A stretch of DNA of 32,080 nt from a virus (IMGVR_UViG_3300030108_003561:1-32080), one strand, 5' to 3'. Positions 1-9,245 are shown, counted from the first letter of the stretch. Program-made: numbers and translations. The notes: generated by a model from the letters alone, not told the origin.

Positions 1-99
1 ATAACCACCTTGAAAACCATTTTCAGCTAATCTTATAAATGTACTATTATTTACATCTGCTGATTGTAATAAAATAGTTCCATCATTAGCAGAAATAGT
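1..99. repeat. Terminal direct repeat, copy 1 (overlap of a circular assembly)
   Basis: Bases 1-99 are identical base for base to 31982-32080. The repeat lies inside a reading frame that stays open and in phase across the junction. Confidence 0.95.
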
Positions 100-690
100 G
101 AGCTTTTCACTAGGCGAGGATGTACCGATACCCACCTCTCCAGTAGAAGTAATATTAAATCTATATGCATTATTAAATATGCCAAAAGAACCGCCACCTA
201 TACCAGCACCATTAGCACCCGAAACTAATTTCCATTCTCCACCACCAGTACCATCTGCATCAAGACTTAATTGAGTACCGATTGAATTACTTGAAGTTAT
301 TTTTGCAGTAACTTCAGCAGAATCACTAACATGAAGCGTATTACTAGGCGATGTGATATTTATACCAACTCGGTCATTTCCATTATCAACAAATAAAACT
401 ACATTTCCACTACTATCTTGAACACTAAAATCAGAAGATGCGTTTCCAGCTTTGAAATGAATACCTCTATTAGCAGTTGAATTAAAATAAATACCTCTTT
501 TTTCTACTGCACTAGATTCATCAAAAGAAGTATTAAATCCCGAACTTCCATTAGTTAATTGAAATGTTCCTTCAATTATCTCATCAAATGCAAAACTACC
601 AGCACCTTCAACTTTAAAATCTCCAGTAACTACTAAATCGCCATCAACTGTTCCACCACTAGCTAGACCAGTGGCTATTGAATCAACCAT
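1..690 (-). CDS. Tail fibre protein, N-terminal 230 codons (start ATG 690-688); the same gene continues across the circular junction into 31981->28754
   Basis: The minus frame is open from ATG 690 to base 1 (MVDSIATGLASGGTVDGDLVVTG...). I translated the first ~100 codons from base 1 and found no in-frame stop. 690 nt is 230 codons, and 31981..31898 is 28 stop-free codons (LKYDGTNNKFIIGTHNATGTTVSNDIPV) feeding into the track ORF. The VGIGT-SP motifs recur on both sides of the junction. Confidence 0.8.
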   Translation of the reverse strand, partial: MVDSIATGLASGGTVDGDLVVTGDFKVEGAGSFAFDEIIEGTFQLTNGSSGFNTSFDESSAVEKRGIYFNSTANRGIHFKAGNASSDFSVQDSSGNVVLFVDNGNDRVGINITSPSNTLHVSDSAEVTAKITSSNSIGTQLSLDADGTGGGEWKLVSGANGAGIGGGSFGIFNNAYRFNITSTGEVGIGTSSPSEKLTISANDGTILLQSADVNNSTFIRLAENGFQGGY

Positions 691-695
691 GCCTT

Positions 696-1040
696 TTAAC
701 ATTCTACTATCCTAACAGCTCCAGTAGTTGTTGATGTTGAGTTATAATTAAAATAGATTGTATTTCCTAAAGAGCGGGGAACTGTAATAAAAGTAAGAGT
801 ATTTTTTGGAATCAATAGATCATTAGAAGCATTTACATTTGTTTCGCTTGATGCAAAATTAAAATATATTTCAACAGCACTATAAACCCCAATATTTCCT
901 GTGCTTGAACTAATTGATTTGTGAGTGGTGTTATTAACATCAGCACTTGAGCCAGCAGTTCCAGCAGATGATACTGACCATCCACCTCCAACTGTGGTAT
1001 TTAATGCTTCTTGAACTGAATAGGTATGTAAATCTGCCAT
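696..1040 (-). CDS. Hypothetical S/T/N/G-rich beta-type protein, possibly structural or fibre-associated
   Basis: 114-aa ORF with a GAGAGG-type RBS. Its stop is 5 nt before the tail-fibre ATG. No recognisable motif. Confidence 0.65.
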   Translation of the reverse strand: MADLHTYSVQEALNTTVGGGWSVSSAGTAGSSADVNNTTHKSISSSTGNIGVYSAVEIYFNFASSETNVNASNDLLIPKNTLTFITVPRSLGNTIYFNYNSTSTTTGAVRIVEC

Positions 1041-1126
1041 TTTCTCTGCCTCTCTAAGCTATGACTAGCGTGAATGAGTTATATTATTGATAAAAGATAC
1101 TAATGAATAAAAAACTTTTGAAAGTT

Positions 1127-1306
1127 TTACTTTTTCTTTTTTATTCTTCTTTTAATTTTCTTTTTATATGGGCTTTCATCAGATTCAGAATTAATTCTTT
1201 CAAAGCCCTGGAATTTTAAAGATTCTATTTTTTCAGGATGCTTTTTGATTTCAGACTCTTCCAATCTTTCTACCATTCCGTTTTTAAAATTTTTCCAATA
1301 TTGCAT
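1127..1306 (-). CDS. Small hypothetical protein, 59 aa, with a K/R-rich tail (below the ORF-track cut-off)
   Basis: Hand translation gives MQYWKNFKNGMVERLEESEIKKHPEKIESLKFQGFERINSESDESPYKKKIKRRIKKKK. AAGGA lies 9 nt upstream of the ATG. The ORF fills an otherwise empty gap after the capsid gene. Confidence 0.4.
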   Translation of the reverse strand: MQYWKNFKNGMVERLEESEIKKHPEKIESLKFQGFERINSESDESPYKKKIKRRIKKKK

Positions 1307-1328
1307 TTGTTTTATTCCTTTTTAAATT

Positions 1329-1354
1329 GCGGGGAAGAGCGAATCATTCCCCGC
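1329..1354 (-). terminator. GC-rich stem-loop downstream of the capsid gene (possible terminator or mRNA-stabilising hairpin)
   Basis: GCGGGGAA-(10 nt)-TTCCCCGC is a perfect 8-bp stem, 55 nt after the capsid stop. On the coding (minus) strand it is followed only by AAUUU. The clean T5 run is on the plus strand, so a terminator function on the minus strand is uncertain. Confidence 0.4.
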
Positions 1355-1408
1355 TTTTTAAACTAATCTAGACCCACGGTGCGTTTGCTTGCATGGCGGT
1401 CTTACAGA

Positions 1409-2305
1409 TTAATCAACATTTCTGATTTTGATTCCACGCTTGTTATCGGTATCATCAATTCTCTTTACACCGTAAAGCAAATCAGCAACCACTTTTGTAC
1501 CAAGTGCATCAACGCTGTATTCAGATTGAACTCTGACTTCCTGTTGAACTGCTATAGCACAGGCTGTTTTGTGAAAAATAGCACCTGAGATTGTGTTAGA
1601 ATTACCACCAGTTCCAAATGAATTAGACATATAAACATCCATTCCATATAAGGAGCCAACCATTCCTGACCTTAAACCTCGATTGCCTTCGCCAACTGCA
1701 TCATTTCTAATGAAATATTGAGCAATTCCTGAGGCTGGATTTAAGATATCAGCAAATAAAGTTGGATTTACCACCATTGCAACATCCCCATCTGTATAAG
1801 GAATATCATTTTCACCTAATGTTGCAAGGGCTTCTTCAAACTTAGCAGCAGTTAATGTATCATCTGCGGAGAGATTTAAAGATTCTTCCAAGCTTGATAA
1901 TTCATCAAAAATATCTGCATCAACTTGTCTTGCTAAGGCTTCTCCCATCATTTGAGAATACTTAGCAACTAAGTCTACATTGGATTGAATTTCAGCCACA
2001 TCTTCAAATAATTTTGCAACATATTTGTGCTTATTTACTGTTAGCTGAGTTTCTGTAGTTGCAGTTGCATCATAAGATACATCTGAACCCGCTGATTTAT
2101 CACTAGCACTAATTAAGCTGATTTCAGGAATATGAAGAACATCTCCAAATCCCGCTCCGCTAAAAACAGCGGAAAAATCATCAATCAATCCTCTAAGGAC
2201 TGTTTTTCTCTCAAAGTACTTATAGATTCCTTCACTCCAAATTTCAGGTATGAAGTGTTGGTCTGTGGTTGTGGTAGATGCACTACCTTGATAATGTTTA
2301 GCCAT
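1409..2305 (-). CDS. Major capsid protein (putative HK97-fold)
   Basis: 298 aa, directly after a scaffold-like ORF in the terminase-portal-scaffold-capsid order. The sequence has the general look of HK97-type coat proteins and is followed by a strong hairpin. The call rests on position and composition only. Confidence 0.75.
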   Translation of the reverse strand: MAKHYQGSASTTTTDQHFIPEIWSEGIYKYFERKTVLRGLIDDFSAVFSGAGFGDVLHIPEISLISASDKSAGSDVSYDATATTETQLTVNKHKYVAKLFEDVAEIQSNVDLVAKYSQMMGEALARQVDADIFDELSSLEESLNLSADDTLTAAKFEEALATLGENDIPYTDGDVAMVVNPTLFADILNPASGIAQYFIRNDAVGEGNRGLRSGMVGSLYGMDVYMSNSFGTGGNSNTISGAIFHKTACAIAVQQEVRVQSEYSVDALGTKVVADLLYGVKRIDDTDNKRGIKIRNVD

Positions 2306-2319
2306 TATTTACACTTTTC

Positions 2320-2889
2320 CTATCTTCTTCTGTAGGCATCCAAGATATTTCCCCAGTTAGCTCTTTTTTCTTCATCGGATAGATCAACCCAACTTTTGTT
2401 TTCAGGATTCGCATTTCGAGCTGGAGTTCCATCTGTCGGCACTACTTCAGATTTTGATTTATTATTTAATTCCGAGTGGATAGCTTTTAGTTTATCTAAT
2501 GGCAAGTCGCCAAAGATATCCTTTTGCTCATCCGTAAAATCAGAAAGAATTTCACTTCGCATAACTTCTATTTGAGCCATTGCAGCCTCAATAACTGGTT
2601 CTTGCTCGGAAAGCTTTGCTCCCCTTTGCTCGGCCAGCTCTTGCCACTTATTTTCTTCAGCCATTTTATTTTCTTTTTCTAGCTGAATTTGCTTTTCTAG
2701 TTTTGCAAGCTTTTCTTCTGCTGATTGTGCCCTTGTTCTATACTTTTTGCTTTCTGCAATCAAACTTCCGACCTCAGGGCTTGATTCGGAAACTTGGCTT
2801 TGGCTATCAGTTGCCACCTCTTCTGCATTATCTTGCATTGGATTAGGTATCTCTTTTTCTACCGTAATCCCTGATTTTACTTCAGACAT
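2320..2889 (-). CDS. Scaffolding protein (putative)
   Basis: 189 aa, acidic, with long E/K/Q-rich predicted coiled coil (AEEKLAKLEKQIQLEKENKMAEENKWQELAEQ). It lies immediately upstream of the capsid gene. Confidence 0.6.
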   Translation of the reverse strand: MSEVKSGITVEKEIPNPMQDNAEEVATDSQSQVSESSPEVGSLIAESKKYRTRAQSAEEKLAKLEKQIQLEKENKMAEENKWQELAEQRGAKLSEQEPVIEAAMAQIEVMRSEILSDFTDEQKDIFGDLPLDKLKAIHSELNNKSKSEVVPTDGTPARNANPENKSWVDLSDEEKRANWGNILDAYRRR

Positions 2890-2913
2890 CTGTCCTCCAT
2901 TTTAGTTAAAAAA

Positions 2914-3213
2914 TCATTTATTTTTTGTTTTGCTTGGCGACCATTTGACTCGATTCGCCCAGTAGGCAGCCGAGCTTTTTCCCTTAGCAATATTTTTTGC
3001 ATGTCTAGCCTTGAAAGATTTTCTCTGAGCAACTGTTTGATTGGTTTTTACGCCTTGCTGGCCAAACCTAATAACTTTAGTTACTGTTTTGCCTCTTTCT
3101 TTAAATCGGCTTAACACCACATGTGATTTTGTAGGATGCTTTGGAGTTCTTTTTGGTTTATTAAAATCACTCAATCCTAATCTTGCTAATCTTGGGTCTT
3201 TTTTCTTAGGCAC
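2914..3213 (-). CDS. Small, highly basic conserved-looking protein of unknown function
   Basis: 99 aa, with a GTG start in an 8-nt GTGCCTAA overlap with the upstream gene. The motif RFGQQG...QRKSFKARHAKNI...AAYWANRVKW resembles a small DUF family seen in marine phages and giant viruses. That resemblance is from memory and unverified. Confidence 0.65.
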   Translation of the reverse strand: MPKKKDPRLARLGLSDFNKPKRTPKHPTKSHVVLSRFKERGKTVTKVIRFGQQGVKTNQTVAQRKSFKARHAKNIAKGKSSAAYWANRVKWSPSKTKNK

Positions 3214-3736
3214 CGAACTTTTCCTTTAATTCTTTTTTTCTTTGTTTTCTTCTATTAACTAAAAATATTTCTTCATCTGTATATGATGCTGGTACCAGTT
3301 GGCATTGACAATTACCTTTGCAAACGCTAAACCCGCTTCTTGGCAATCCTATCGCAGACCATTCAGGCCAAGTTGAAATCTTTCCATGTCTAGGCTTGCA
3401 ATCGACACATACATTTACGCCAGCAGTAACCCACTTAAATTCTTGAATGTTTGCATCTCCATATTTACCTCTTATTGCTACCTCTGACATTAATTGAACT
3501 GCATTTCCAGTAGTATTTTTTATTGCGTTTCTATATGGGCCAAATATGATTCCACCTTCAGATAAATCATTAAGCAAAATTTGCCTGATTGCATCATCTG
3601 TTGCCCCGCTTGCTCTTAATGTCAAAATAGTTTGCTCCAAATCTAAAATTGTTTTTGCTGTTGCATTTGCTAAGGCCGATGTGATTATTACTTCTAATTC
3701 ATTTAAAGCATCTTCTGCTGAAATGTGATTAGGCAC
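3206..3736 (-). CDS. Head morphogenesis / minor capsid protein, Mu gpF / SPP1 gp7-like
   Basis: The C-terminal signature WVTAGVNVCVDCKPRHGK...GLPRSGFSVCKGNCQCQLVP matches the W..a.d.r.C..C...G...P.H..C.C.l.P pattern of the MuF domain. It sits in the head module downstream of the portal. GTG start. Confidence 0.6.
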   Translation of the reverse strand: MPNHISAEDALNELEVIITSALANATAKTILDLEQTILTLRASGATDDAIRQILLNDLSEGGIIFGPYRNAIKNTTGNAVQLMSEVAIRGKYGDANIQEFKWVTAGVNVCVDCKPRHGKISTWPEWSAIGLPRSGFSVCKGNCQCQLVPASYTDEEIFLVNRRKQRKKELKEKFGA

Positions 3737-4268
3737 GCCTTATATTTCTTTCAATTTTAATAATCATTCTTTTCATTAAATCATTTTCTACTTTTTTTGT
3801 AACTCCAAACCACTCTCTTTTGGGTGTGCCTGGATGATTTACTGACTTAGCACCAAATTTTTTACCTTGATTAGTATATAAAGGATACAAAACTTTTGCG
3901 TTTTTTGCGACTATCTTATGAGGCCTAATTCCTTCTTGATGAAATTGACCGATTTGAATGCGGTCAGCATCAGGTCGCACCCTTGCTTCTTGGTCATATC
4001 TTGATGCTCTCTTTACTATTTCAACATCTTTTAATTTACCAGTTGCGAATAAAGGCACTCTAGGTTTTTCATAACCTTTTGCTCTTTTGCTTTGAATAGT
4101 TGAACCAGCAAGACTTTTGAATTTTCTTCCGTTTACATCCTGACCAAATTTTAATCTTCTATTGTGGTCTAAAACAATGGCAGTTGCAACATCATTAATT
4201 TCTTCAGATAGATCAAAAGAAAGTTTTTTCAGATTAAAGCTTTTGTCGATTGTGATTTTTGTTTTCAT
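3729..4268 (-). CDS. Virion morphogenesis protein-like (Mu gpG-like), tentative
   Basis: FGQDVNGRKFKSLAGSTIQSKRAKG...PLFATGKLKD...IQIGQFHQEG resembles the F..spdG..W.pL...T...k...L..tG.L / hqfG pattern of the phage virion morphogenesis family. Confidence 0.4.
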   Translation of the reverse strand: MKTKITIDKSFNLKKLSFDLSEEINDVATAIVLDHNRRLKFGQDVNGRKFKSLAGSTIQSKRAKGYEKPRVPLFATGKLKDVEIVKRASRYDQEARVRPDADRIQIGQFHQEGIRPHKIVAKNAKVLYPLYTNQGKKFGAKSVNHPGTPKREWFGVTKKVENDLMKRMIIKIERNIRRA

Positions 4269-4486
4269 ATTTTATCTAATATCTTTGTAGCAAATTTCTC
4301 ACCTTCTTTAAATCCTTGCTTTATTTCTTTGTCATGGTCTTCAAGAAATTTTTGAGCTAATGCTTTAAGATATGATTCAGGGTCTTTCAATAGTTCATCA
4401 ATGTCAATTGCTTTTAAAATATTATCAGCATTATTCTCTATTTTTATTTTTAAGATATCAATTTTATCTAAAAAATTATTGACCAT
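4265..4486 (-). CDS. Hypothetical protein
   Basis: 73-aa ORF wedged between the portal and the next gene, with 4- and 11-nt overlaps. No recognisable motif. Confidence 0.6.
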   Translation of the reverse strand: MVNNFLDKIDILKIKIENNADNILKAIDIDELLKDPESYLKALAQKFLEDHDKEIKQGFKEGEKFATKILDKI

Positions 4487-5855
4487 TAGCAGCCGTTTCT
4501 CTTAATGATTGAAAAATCTGAGGTTGATTTGCTTGCCTATCTGCTTCTGCTTGCTGAGTTCTTTCTTCTTGAACTTCACCAAGCTTTGCATTTAATTCTT
4601 CATCGCTCATATCAGGATTAAAATATAAAAGCAAATCACGCTGGGTCATTATGCCGTTAGCAAGCTTCCAGTCTAACATCTTTAATTCTTGGTCAATTGA
4701 CATTGGATAAGATATCTCTCCAAAATCAACATAGTAATCTTCGCTCAGGCTCATTGCATTATGAACATCAAGAATAGTTCTATCAATTTGGTATCTTGAT
4801 TGCTCCCATTCTTTAAAATATGAAATGTCGCTTTCCCTAGATTCTAGGTTTTCAATTTCCATTATCCTTAATGCTTCACCTGAGGGTGAATTGCCTCCCG
4901 ATTCACCCCATCTTATTCGTAGGTGATTATTTTCTGCTGTTTGATTTGCAAATATTTTCACTGCTTCTATCATTTCATTTAATCCGCCTGTTGGGCTTAC
5001 ATATTGAAATGATGCACCTTCAGGTAAAATTATAGCAGAATCAATTCCTGACTTTATTACAGACTGACCTTCATCAATTCCAGTAAATACTGGTTGGCCC
5101 AACCTATTCCTAACGCTTAATGCAATTTCTGTCATTGCTATTCCTATTTGAACAGCTGATAAAACAACATCATTACTTGAAGATGGATAGACCACTCTGC
5201 TAATTGGATTTATTTTATAAGGATTAATCATCTCAGGATTTCCAGCAATCGCAAATCTCTTTCCTTTTTGGTCAAATCTAAAATGCATTCCTTGCATTCC
5301 TTCTCTTTCTTCAGACCAAAAGACAAATTGCCTACTTTTATTTACCCCCTTATCTATTTCATAGCTATATCCGTAAGGCTCTGAATCTCCTTGCAAATAA
5401 TATTCTTTTACAAATGGTAATATTTCATATTCTAATCTTTGCTTTCTTTCATTGAATTTTGTTTTAAAATGGCAACTTCCCAAAAGCCAAGATAATTCGC
5501 TAAATTGTTTTGTTTGACTATCAAGCATATATGCGATAGAATTATAATCTTCATTTATCTCACCGCCTATCATTCTTTTTGGTGCATTCTTATAAAGCAT
5601 CATTCTTGCTCTCGCAAATCTTGGCACCACCTTTTGCGGATAAGTTGGAATTTGTTGCAATGATTCGCTTGAAAAGAATTGCTCTATATGCTTTTCAATA
5701 TTCTCATTATAGTAAAAATCAACTGCCGTTGACCTTTTGGCCATCTCTAAGTCTTTAAATTCTTGTTCTGCTTTTGCAACGCTTGCTAAGATTGTTTGTT
5801 CGGATAGCTCAGGAATCACCACTTGATTCACAGTTCTGCCAAAATAATTTTTCAT
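4476..5855 (-). CDS. Portal protein (putative)
   Basis: 459 aa, starting 2 nt after the terL stop. Size and position are canonical for a portal, and the C-terminal tail is acidic and Q-rich. Confidence 0.75.
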   Translation of the reverse strand: MKNYFGRTVNQVVIPELSEQTILASVAKAEQEFKDLEMAKRSTAVDFYYNENIEKHIEQFFSSESLQQIPTYPQKVVPRFARARMMLYKNAPKRMIGGEINEDYNSIAYMLDSQTKQFSELSWLLGSCHFKTKFNERKQRLEYEILPFVKEYYLQGDSEPYGYSYEIDKGVNKSRQFVFWSEEREGMQGMHFRFDQKGKRFAIAGNPEMINPYKINPISRVVYPSSSNDVVLSAVQIGIAMTEIALSVRNRLGQPVFTGIDEGQSVIKSGIDSAIILPEGASFQYVSPTGGLNEMIEAVKIFANQTAENNHLRIRWGESGGNSPSGEALRIMEIENLESRESDISYFKEWEQSRYQIDRTILDVHNAMSLSEDYYVDFGEISYPMSIDQELKMLDWKLANGIMTQRDLLLYFNPDMSDEELNAKLGEVQEERTQQAEADRQANQPQIFQSLRETAANGQ

Positions 5856-5856
5856 T

Positions 5857-7059
5857 TTACCACCTGATTGTTTTGCTTATCTTACTTATTACAGGAAACT
5901 TGTAGCTGATAGCATATGAACAAGCATCCAAAGCGTGAGTAAGCTCTATGTTAGATTTATTAATTCCTCCTTTTTTATCCCGTTGCACTTGCTCCAAATC
6001 TTTGATTAAAAATTTACATTTAGGGTCAATGGTCATTGATACATTTCCTTCTGCATCTAATAGTTTTCTATTTAATGCATTTAATCTATCAATGTGACTA
6101 GGATGTGATTTTTTTGCTCTAATTTGAAATCCGAAATCTTTTAATATAGCATGGTCGCTTTTATTACTGGTTGTGCTTCTTGCACTTCCCGCTGGGTCAG
6201 GATAGACCTCAATATTAGGAGCAATGGCTTTCATCTTTCTTGCCATCTCCTCAGTATTACTATTCTTTAATCTTATCTCATCAAAATAATGAATAGTTCC
6301 GTTTGTGAATTGGCAAGCTAATACTGCGGTCATATAGTCAACATTATGGTCGCACCCCCACCATAAATAATTAGATAATGAGCTTGCTTGCTTTACATGA
6401 ATATTTCTGTCAAAATTCCAGGCTGCTCGATTGCCTGAAGTTTCAAATGATGCTTCAAACTCTTGCCTGAATCTCACTCCATCCATTGTTCTTTTTGCCC
6501 TTGATATTTCATCAGCAGAAACAAATCCACCATCTATTGTTTTAAATTGCCATGATTTCCAATCAGGTTCCGATTGGCCTCTTGAATATAGATCATACAT
6601 TATATCATAACCATTAGGTGTTCCAATAAAAAGAACAGAACCTTTTGTGGTTGCCAACATAGGATAAACAATCTCTTCCCAAACATGAGGTTTAATATAA
6701 GCCATCTCATCCATAACGCACTTTGTAAGCTCAACTCCCCGCAATGAATTTTCATTATCAGCACCTTTGACAGATAGCTCAGCACCATTATCAAAATATA
6801 CTGACATTTCAGTTTCATTAAGTTTTGCTCCAGCAAATTGGCCAAACATTTGTCTTAATATAGGAAACACAATCATTTTACCTTGCTTATAGCTGGGCGT
6901 TATAAACCAGCGTCTTTCGTTTGCTTGGAAATCGTCTTTCATTAAATACATAAGCGAAAGAATAGTTTTCCCCCATCTTCTCCCAGCCACAATTACCTTG
7001 AACCTTGATTGGTCTTTGAGAATTGCACTTCGTGTTTGATTTAATGTCCAATTCAGCAT
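5857..7059 (-). CDS. terL: Terminase large subunit
   Basis: Walker A is VIVAGRRWGKT and Walker B is CVMDEMAY. The C-terminal half is nuclease-like (CDHNVDY...DPAGSARS). The track start at 7062 is GTG. The next codon, ATG 7059, overlaps the upstream stop (TGATG) and is the likelier start. Confidence 0.9.
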   Translation of the reverse strand: MLNWTLNQTRSAILKDQSRFKVIVAGRRWGKTILSLMYLMKDDFQANERRWFITPSYKQGKMIVFPILRQMFGQFAGAKLNETEMSVYFDNGAELSVKGADNENSLRGVELTKCVMDEMAYIKPHVWEEIVYPMLATTKGSVLFIGTPNGYDIMYDLYSRGQSEPDWKSWQFKTIDGGFVSADEISRAKRTMDGVRFRQEFEASFETSGNRAAWNFDRNIHVKQASSLSNYLWWGCDHNVDYMTAVLACQFTNGTIHYFDEIRLKNSNTEEMARKMKAIAPNIEVYPDPAGSARSTTSNKSDHAILKDFGFQIRAKKSHPSHIDRLNALNRKLLDAEGNVSMTIDPKCKFLIKDLEQVQRDKKGGINKSNIELTHALDACSYAISYKFPVISKISKTIRW

Positions 7060-7259
7060 CACCCAAATATTCTTTTAAATAATGCTTTTGGAACTTTCTT
7101 TCCAGCTTTATAAAGCTTCTGCATTCTTGCAATGTCTCTTCCTCTTTGACTTCTAGCAGAGCCTTTTGTTCCGCTTAGATATTTCTTTGGTACTGATTTA
7201 TAGGTCTTATCTTTTGCAACTCTTCTATTCATCTTTTTCTTTTTAGCTTTTCTAGGCAT
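7059..7259 (-). CDS. Tiny lysine/arginine-rich protein of unknown function
   Basis: 66 aa (MPRKAKKKKMNRRVAKDK...), overlapping the terL start. No recognisable motif. Confidence 0.6.
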   Translation of the reverse strand: MPRKAKKKKMNRRVAKDKTYKSVPKKYLSGTKGSARSQRGRDIARMQKLYKAGKKVPKALFKRIFG

Positions 7260-7517
7260 TTATTTTCTCCGCTTTTTTCTTTCTTTTCTTGCTAATATAG
7301 GGTCATGCTTGATTGCTTTTCTTCCTTTTACAATCTTAATAAAACTATTAACTCTTGCAGATGCCCAGCTAGATGGAGTCATTCCTTTTCTTGTTCCTGA
7401 GCCAACTGCAGCCCCCAGCCCTCTTTTATAAACTTGCGTTAAGCTGGATTTGCTTATCTTGTGCTTTTTTGCTAAAGTTCCTAATCTTTTAGAAACCGCT
7501 GGTGATATTCTTGCCAT
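7260..7517 (-). CDS. Small basic conserved-looking protein of unknown function
   Basis: 85 aa. The motif VYKRGLGAA...SWASARVNSF resembles a small DUF family shared by marine phages and giant viruses. That resemblance is from memory and unverified. Confidence 0.65.
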   Translation of the reverse strand: MARISPAVSKRLGTLAKKHKISKSSLTQVYKRGLGAAVGSGTRKGMTPSSWASARVNSFIKIVKGRKAIKHDPILARKERKKRRK

Positions 7518-7940
7518 TTATTCATCCTCCAAAACCATTACCCTTATAGGGTCATTTTTGTTTTCAACTACTCTAAATTCTTTTGCTTTTCCTTCTGTTC
7601 TATCTGCAATAAATTGAACCGCCCAGGGCTTTCCCTGAATTGCATAAATCATTGTTGTTCTCATCACGCCTTCCATTAAAGTCATTTCTCCAGCATCAAC
7701 ATCGTCAAAAATTTCATTTACCTTTGACCTGATTTCTTTCGGAATAGTTTCTTCTCCGATTCTTTTAAGCATATCAGGTATTGACATACTGCCTTTTGGC
7801 CTTCCATTTGGATTTCCTGAGACTCCAGCTTTAAATGTGCCATCTTTATTCCTGTTATTTCCTGTTTTTTCAGGCATAATTTTTGAGCGAGTCGGTAGGG
7901 TTCGAACCTCCTCCACTATCTTGGAATAGATAGTATGCAT
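7518..7940 (-). CDS. Terminase small subunit-like protein (putative)
   Basis: 140 aa upstream of terL. The N-terminal GVSGNPNGRPKGS motif is typical of a class of small-terminase / DUF5681-type proteins. Confidence 0.5.
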   Translation of the reverse strand: MHTIYSKIVEEVRTLPTRSKIMPEKTGNNRNKDGTFKAGVSGNPNGRPKGSMSIPDMLKRIGEETIPKEIRSKVNEIFDDVDAGEMTLMEGVMRTTMIYAIQGKPWAVQFIADRTEGKAKEFRVVENKNDPIRVMVLEDE

Positions 7941-7945
7941 ACCAA

Positions 7946-8656
7946 TTACACCAGACTCGCAATCCTTTTTCCTTTATACATTGAAGCTCCCATTTCTTTT
8001 ATTTTATAAAATGGAATAGGCTCCACAGTTAAATCTTTTATTTTATTTTTGTCTATAAAATATACATATCTTAATTGATAACCTTCAATCGGTTTCCATC
8101 CAGCTTCTTTAAACATCTTCATACTTGAACCGCCTTTATAATTTTCTAATAAATCATCTTTTTTTACATTTGATTTTAAATTCAATCTTAATGATATATC
8201 TGTTTTTACTTTACCTTCAGGCGACTTCCAAATTGTATTATTCTTTTTAATATTTGTTAATATAAATCCGCTTGCTCTATAGATTGTTCCGTCACCGCAT
8301 TGCGTTCCATCAGCAAAAGACAAAATCCATTTAATATGAGGAGCGTTCTTTTTTATTAATTTCATTGCAATCGATAGTGATCTACTTTCTGAATTTTTAG
8401 GCAAATGATTATCAAACGCCATTCTATTTAATTCAAGCATTTCATTCCAGCCAGTATTTTTTACTAATCCTATTGTGCGTCTTTTATCAAGCGGACTTCC
8501 AAAGCTTAAAACTCCATGCAAGGATTTATTTAAAAAGGCTCCAAAATGCAATCTGCTATTGGATACAACTGAACCTGAATAATGATGTTTTTTTACAAAT
8601 GCGTTTGCAACATTGCTTGGAATTACTTTTAACCTTATGTCTTTTACTTTACTCAT
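7946..8656 (-). CDS. Mom-like GNAT-fold protein (putative DNA base-modifying acyl/carbamoyl transferase)
   Basis: The ordered motifs FVKKHHYSG, LELNRMAF, LPKNSESRSL and SFADGTQCGDGTIYRASGF match the pattern I associate with the Mom (phage Mu) adenine-modification family. The ORF is open to ATG 8722, but that start would overlap the ParB-like gene by 74 nt. ATG 8656 overlaps the ParB-like stop as ATGAGTAA. Confidence 0.5.
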   Translation of the reverse strand: MSKVKDIRLKVIPSNVANAFVKKHHYSGSVVSNSRLHFGAFLNKSLHGVLSFGSPLDKRRTIGLVKNTGWNEMLELNRMAFDNHLPKNSESRSLSIAMKLIKKNAPHIKWILSFADGTQCGDGTIYRASGFILTNIKKNNTIWKSPEGKVKTDISLRLNLKSNVKKDDLLENYKGGSSMKMFKEAGWKPIEGYQLRYVYFIDKNKIKDLTVEPIPFYKIKEMGASMYKGKRIASLV

Positions 8657-9245
8657 AGCTTTGACATATCCACCATAATGCATTCCCATTATTGTTTTTG
8701 TTTCCTGTTTCACCAAAATCATTTTTTTTGGCCAGCTTAATTTTTTCTTTTATTATTTCTGCTTGTTCATCACTGACAGTAAAAGTCATTTGCTGATATG
8801 GGGATTTATCTCCATCAGGCAAACTAAACTCTTCAGAATAATCTTTATCAAAAGAAAACAATTCTTCATCTTTGAATCCCCATTCAAATAATTCATCAAT
8901 ATCAAAAAAATTTGCCAGGCTATCAAAGTCCCAAGAACCTACATTTTTATTAAGCCTTACATTTAGCTCACGCTCTTTTTCAAAACTTAAATTAACTTCA
9001 ACGCATGGAACAGATTTAAAGCCTAGCTTTTTTGCAATTCTTAATCTTTGATGCCCACCTACCAAGATATTTTTTCTATCTTGATTTATATTTATTATAA
9101 GCGGGTCAACTAATCCAAATTTATAAATGCTATCTTTTAAATATTTATATTGATTCTTTGTAAGCTGTCTTGGATTATAGTCAGCCATATGAATTTCATC
9201 AATATTAACCTGTTTTATTTTTAAAGATTTATTTTTTTCTACCAA
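8649..9245 (-). CDS. ParB/Srx N-terminal domain protein (ParB-like nuclease/NTPase domain)
   Basis: IDEIHMADYNPRQL, FGLVDPLIIN and ILVGGHQRLRIAKKLGF are the classic ParBc motifs. The only in-frame start at the 5' end is TTG 9245. Confidence 0.8.
   Translation of the reverse strand: MVEKNKSLKIKQVNIDEIHMADYNPRQLTKNQYKYLKDSIYKFGLVDPLIININQDRKNILVGGHQRLRIAKKLGFKSVPCVEVNLSFEKERELNVRLNKNVGSWDFDSLANFFDIDELFEWGFKDEELFSFDKDYSEEFSLPDGDKSPYQQMTFTVSDEQAEIIKEKIKLAKKNDFGETGNKNNNGNALWWICQSYE

Noticed and set aside
1-99. The terminal 99-bp repeat as a genuine phage direct terminal repeat or as att/LTR-like mobile-element ends
   Set aside because: The repeat lies in the middle of a long ORF that reads through the junction in frame. 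An exact fixed-length overlap at contig ends is typical of a circular assembly. A physical DTR cannot be fully excluded without reads.
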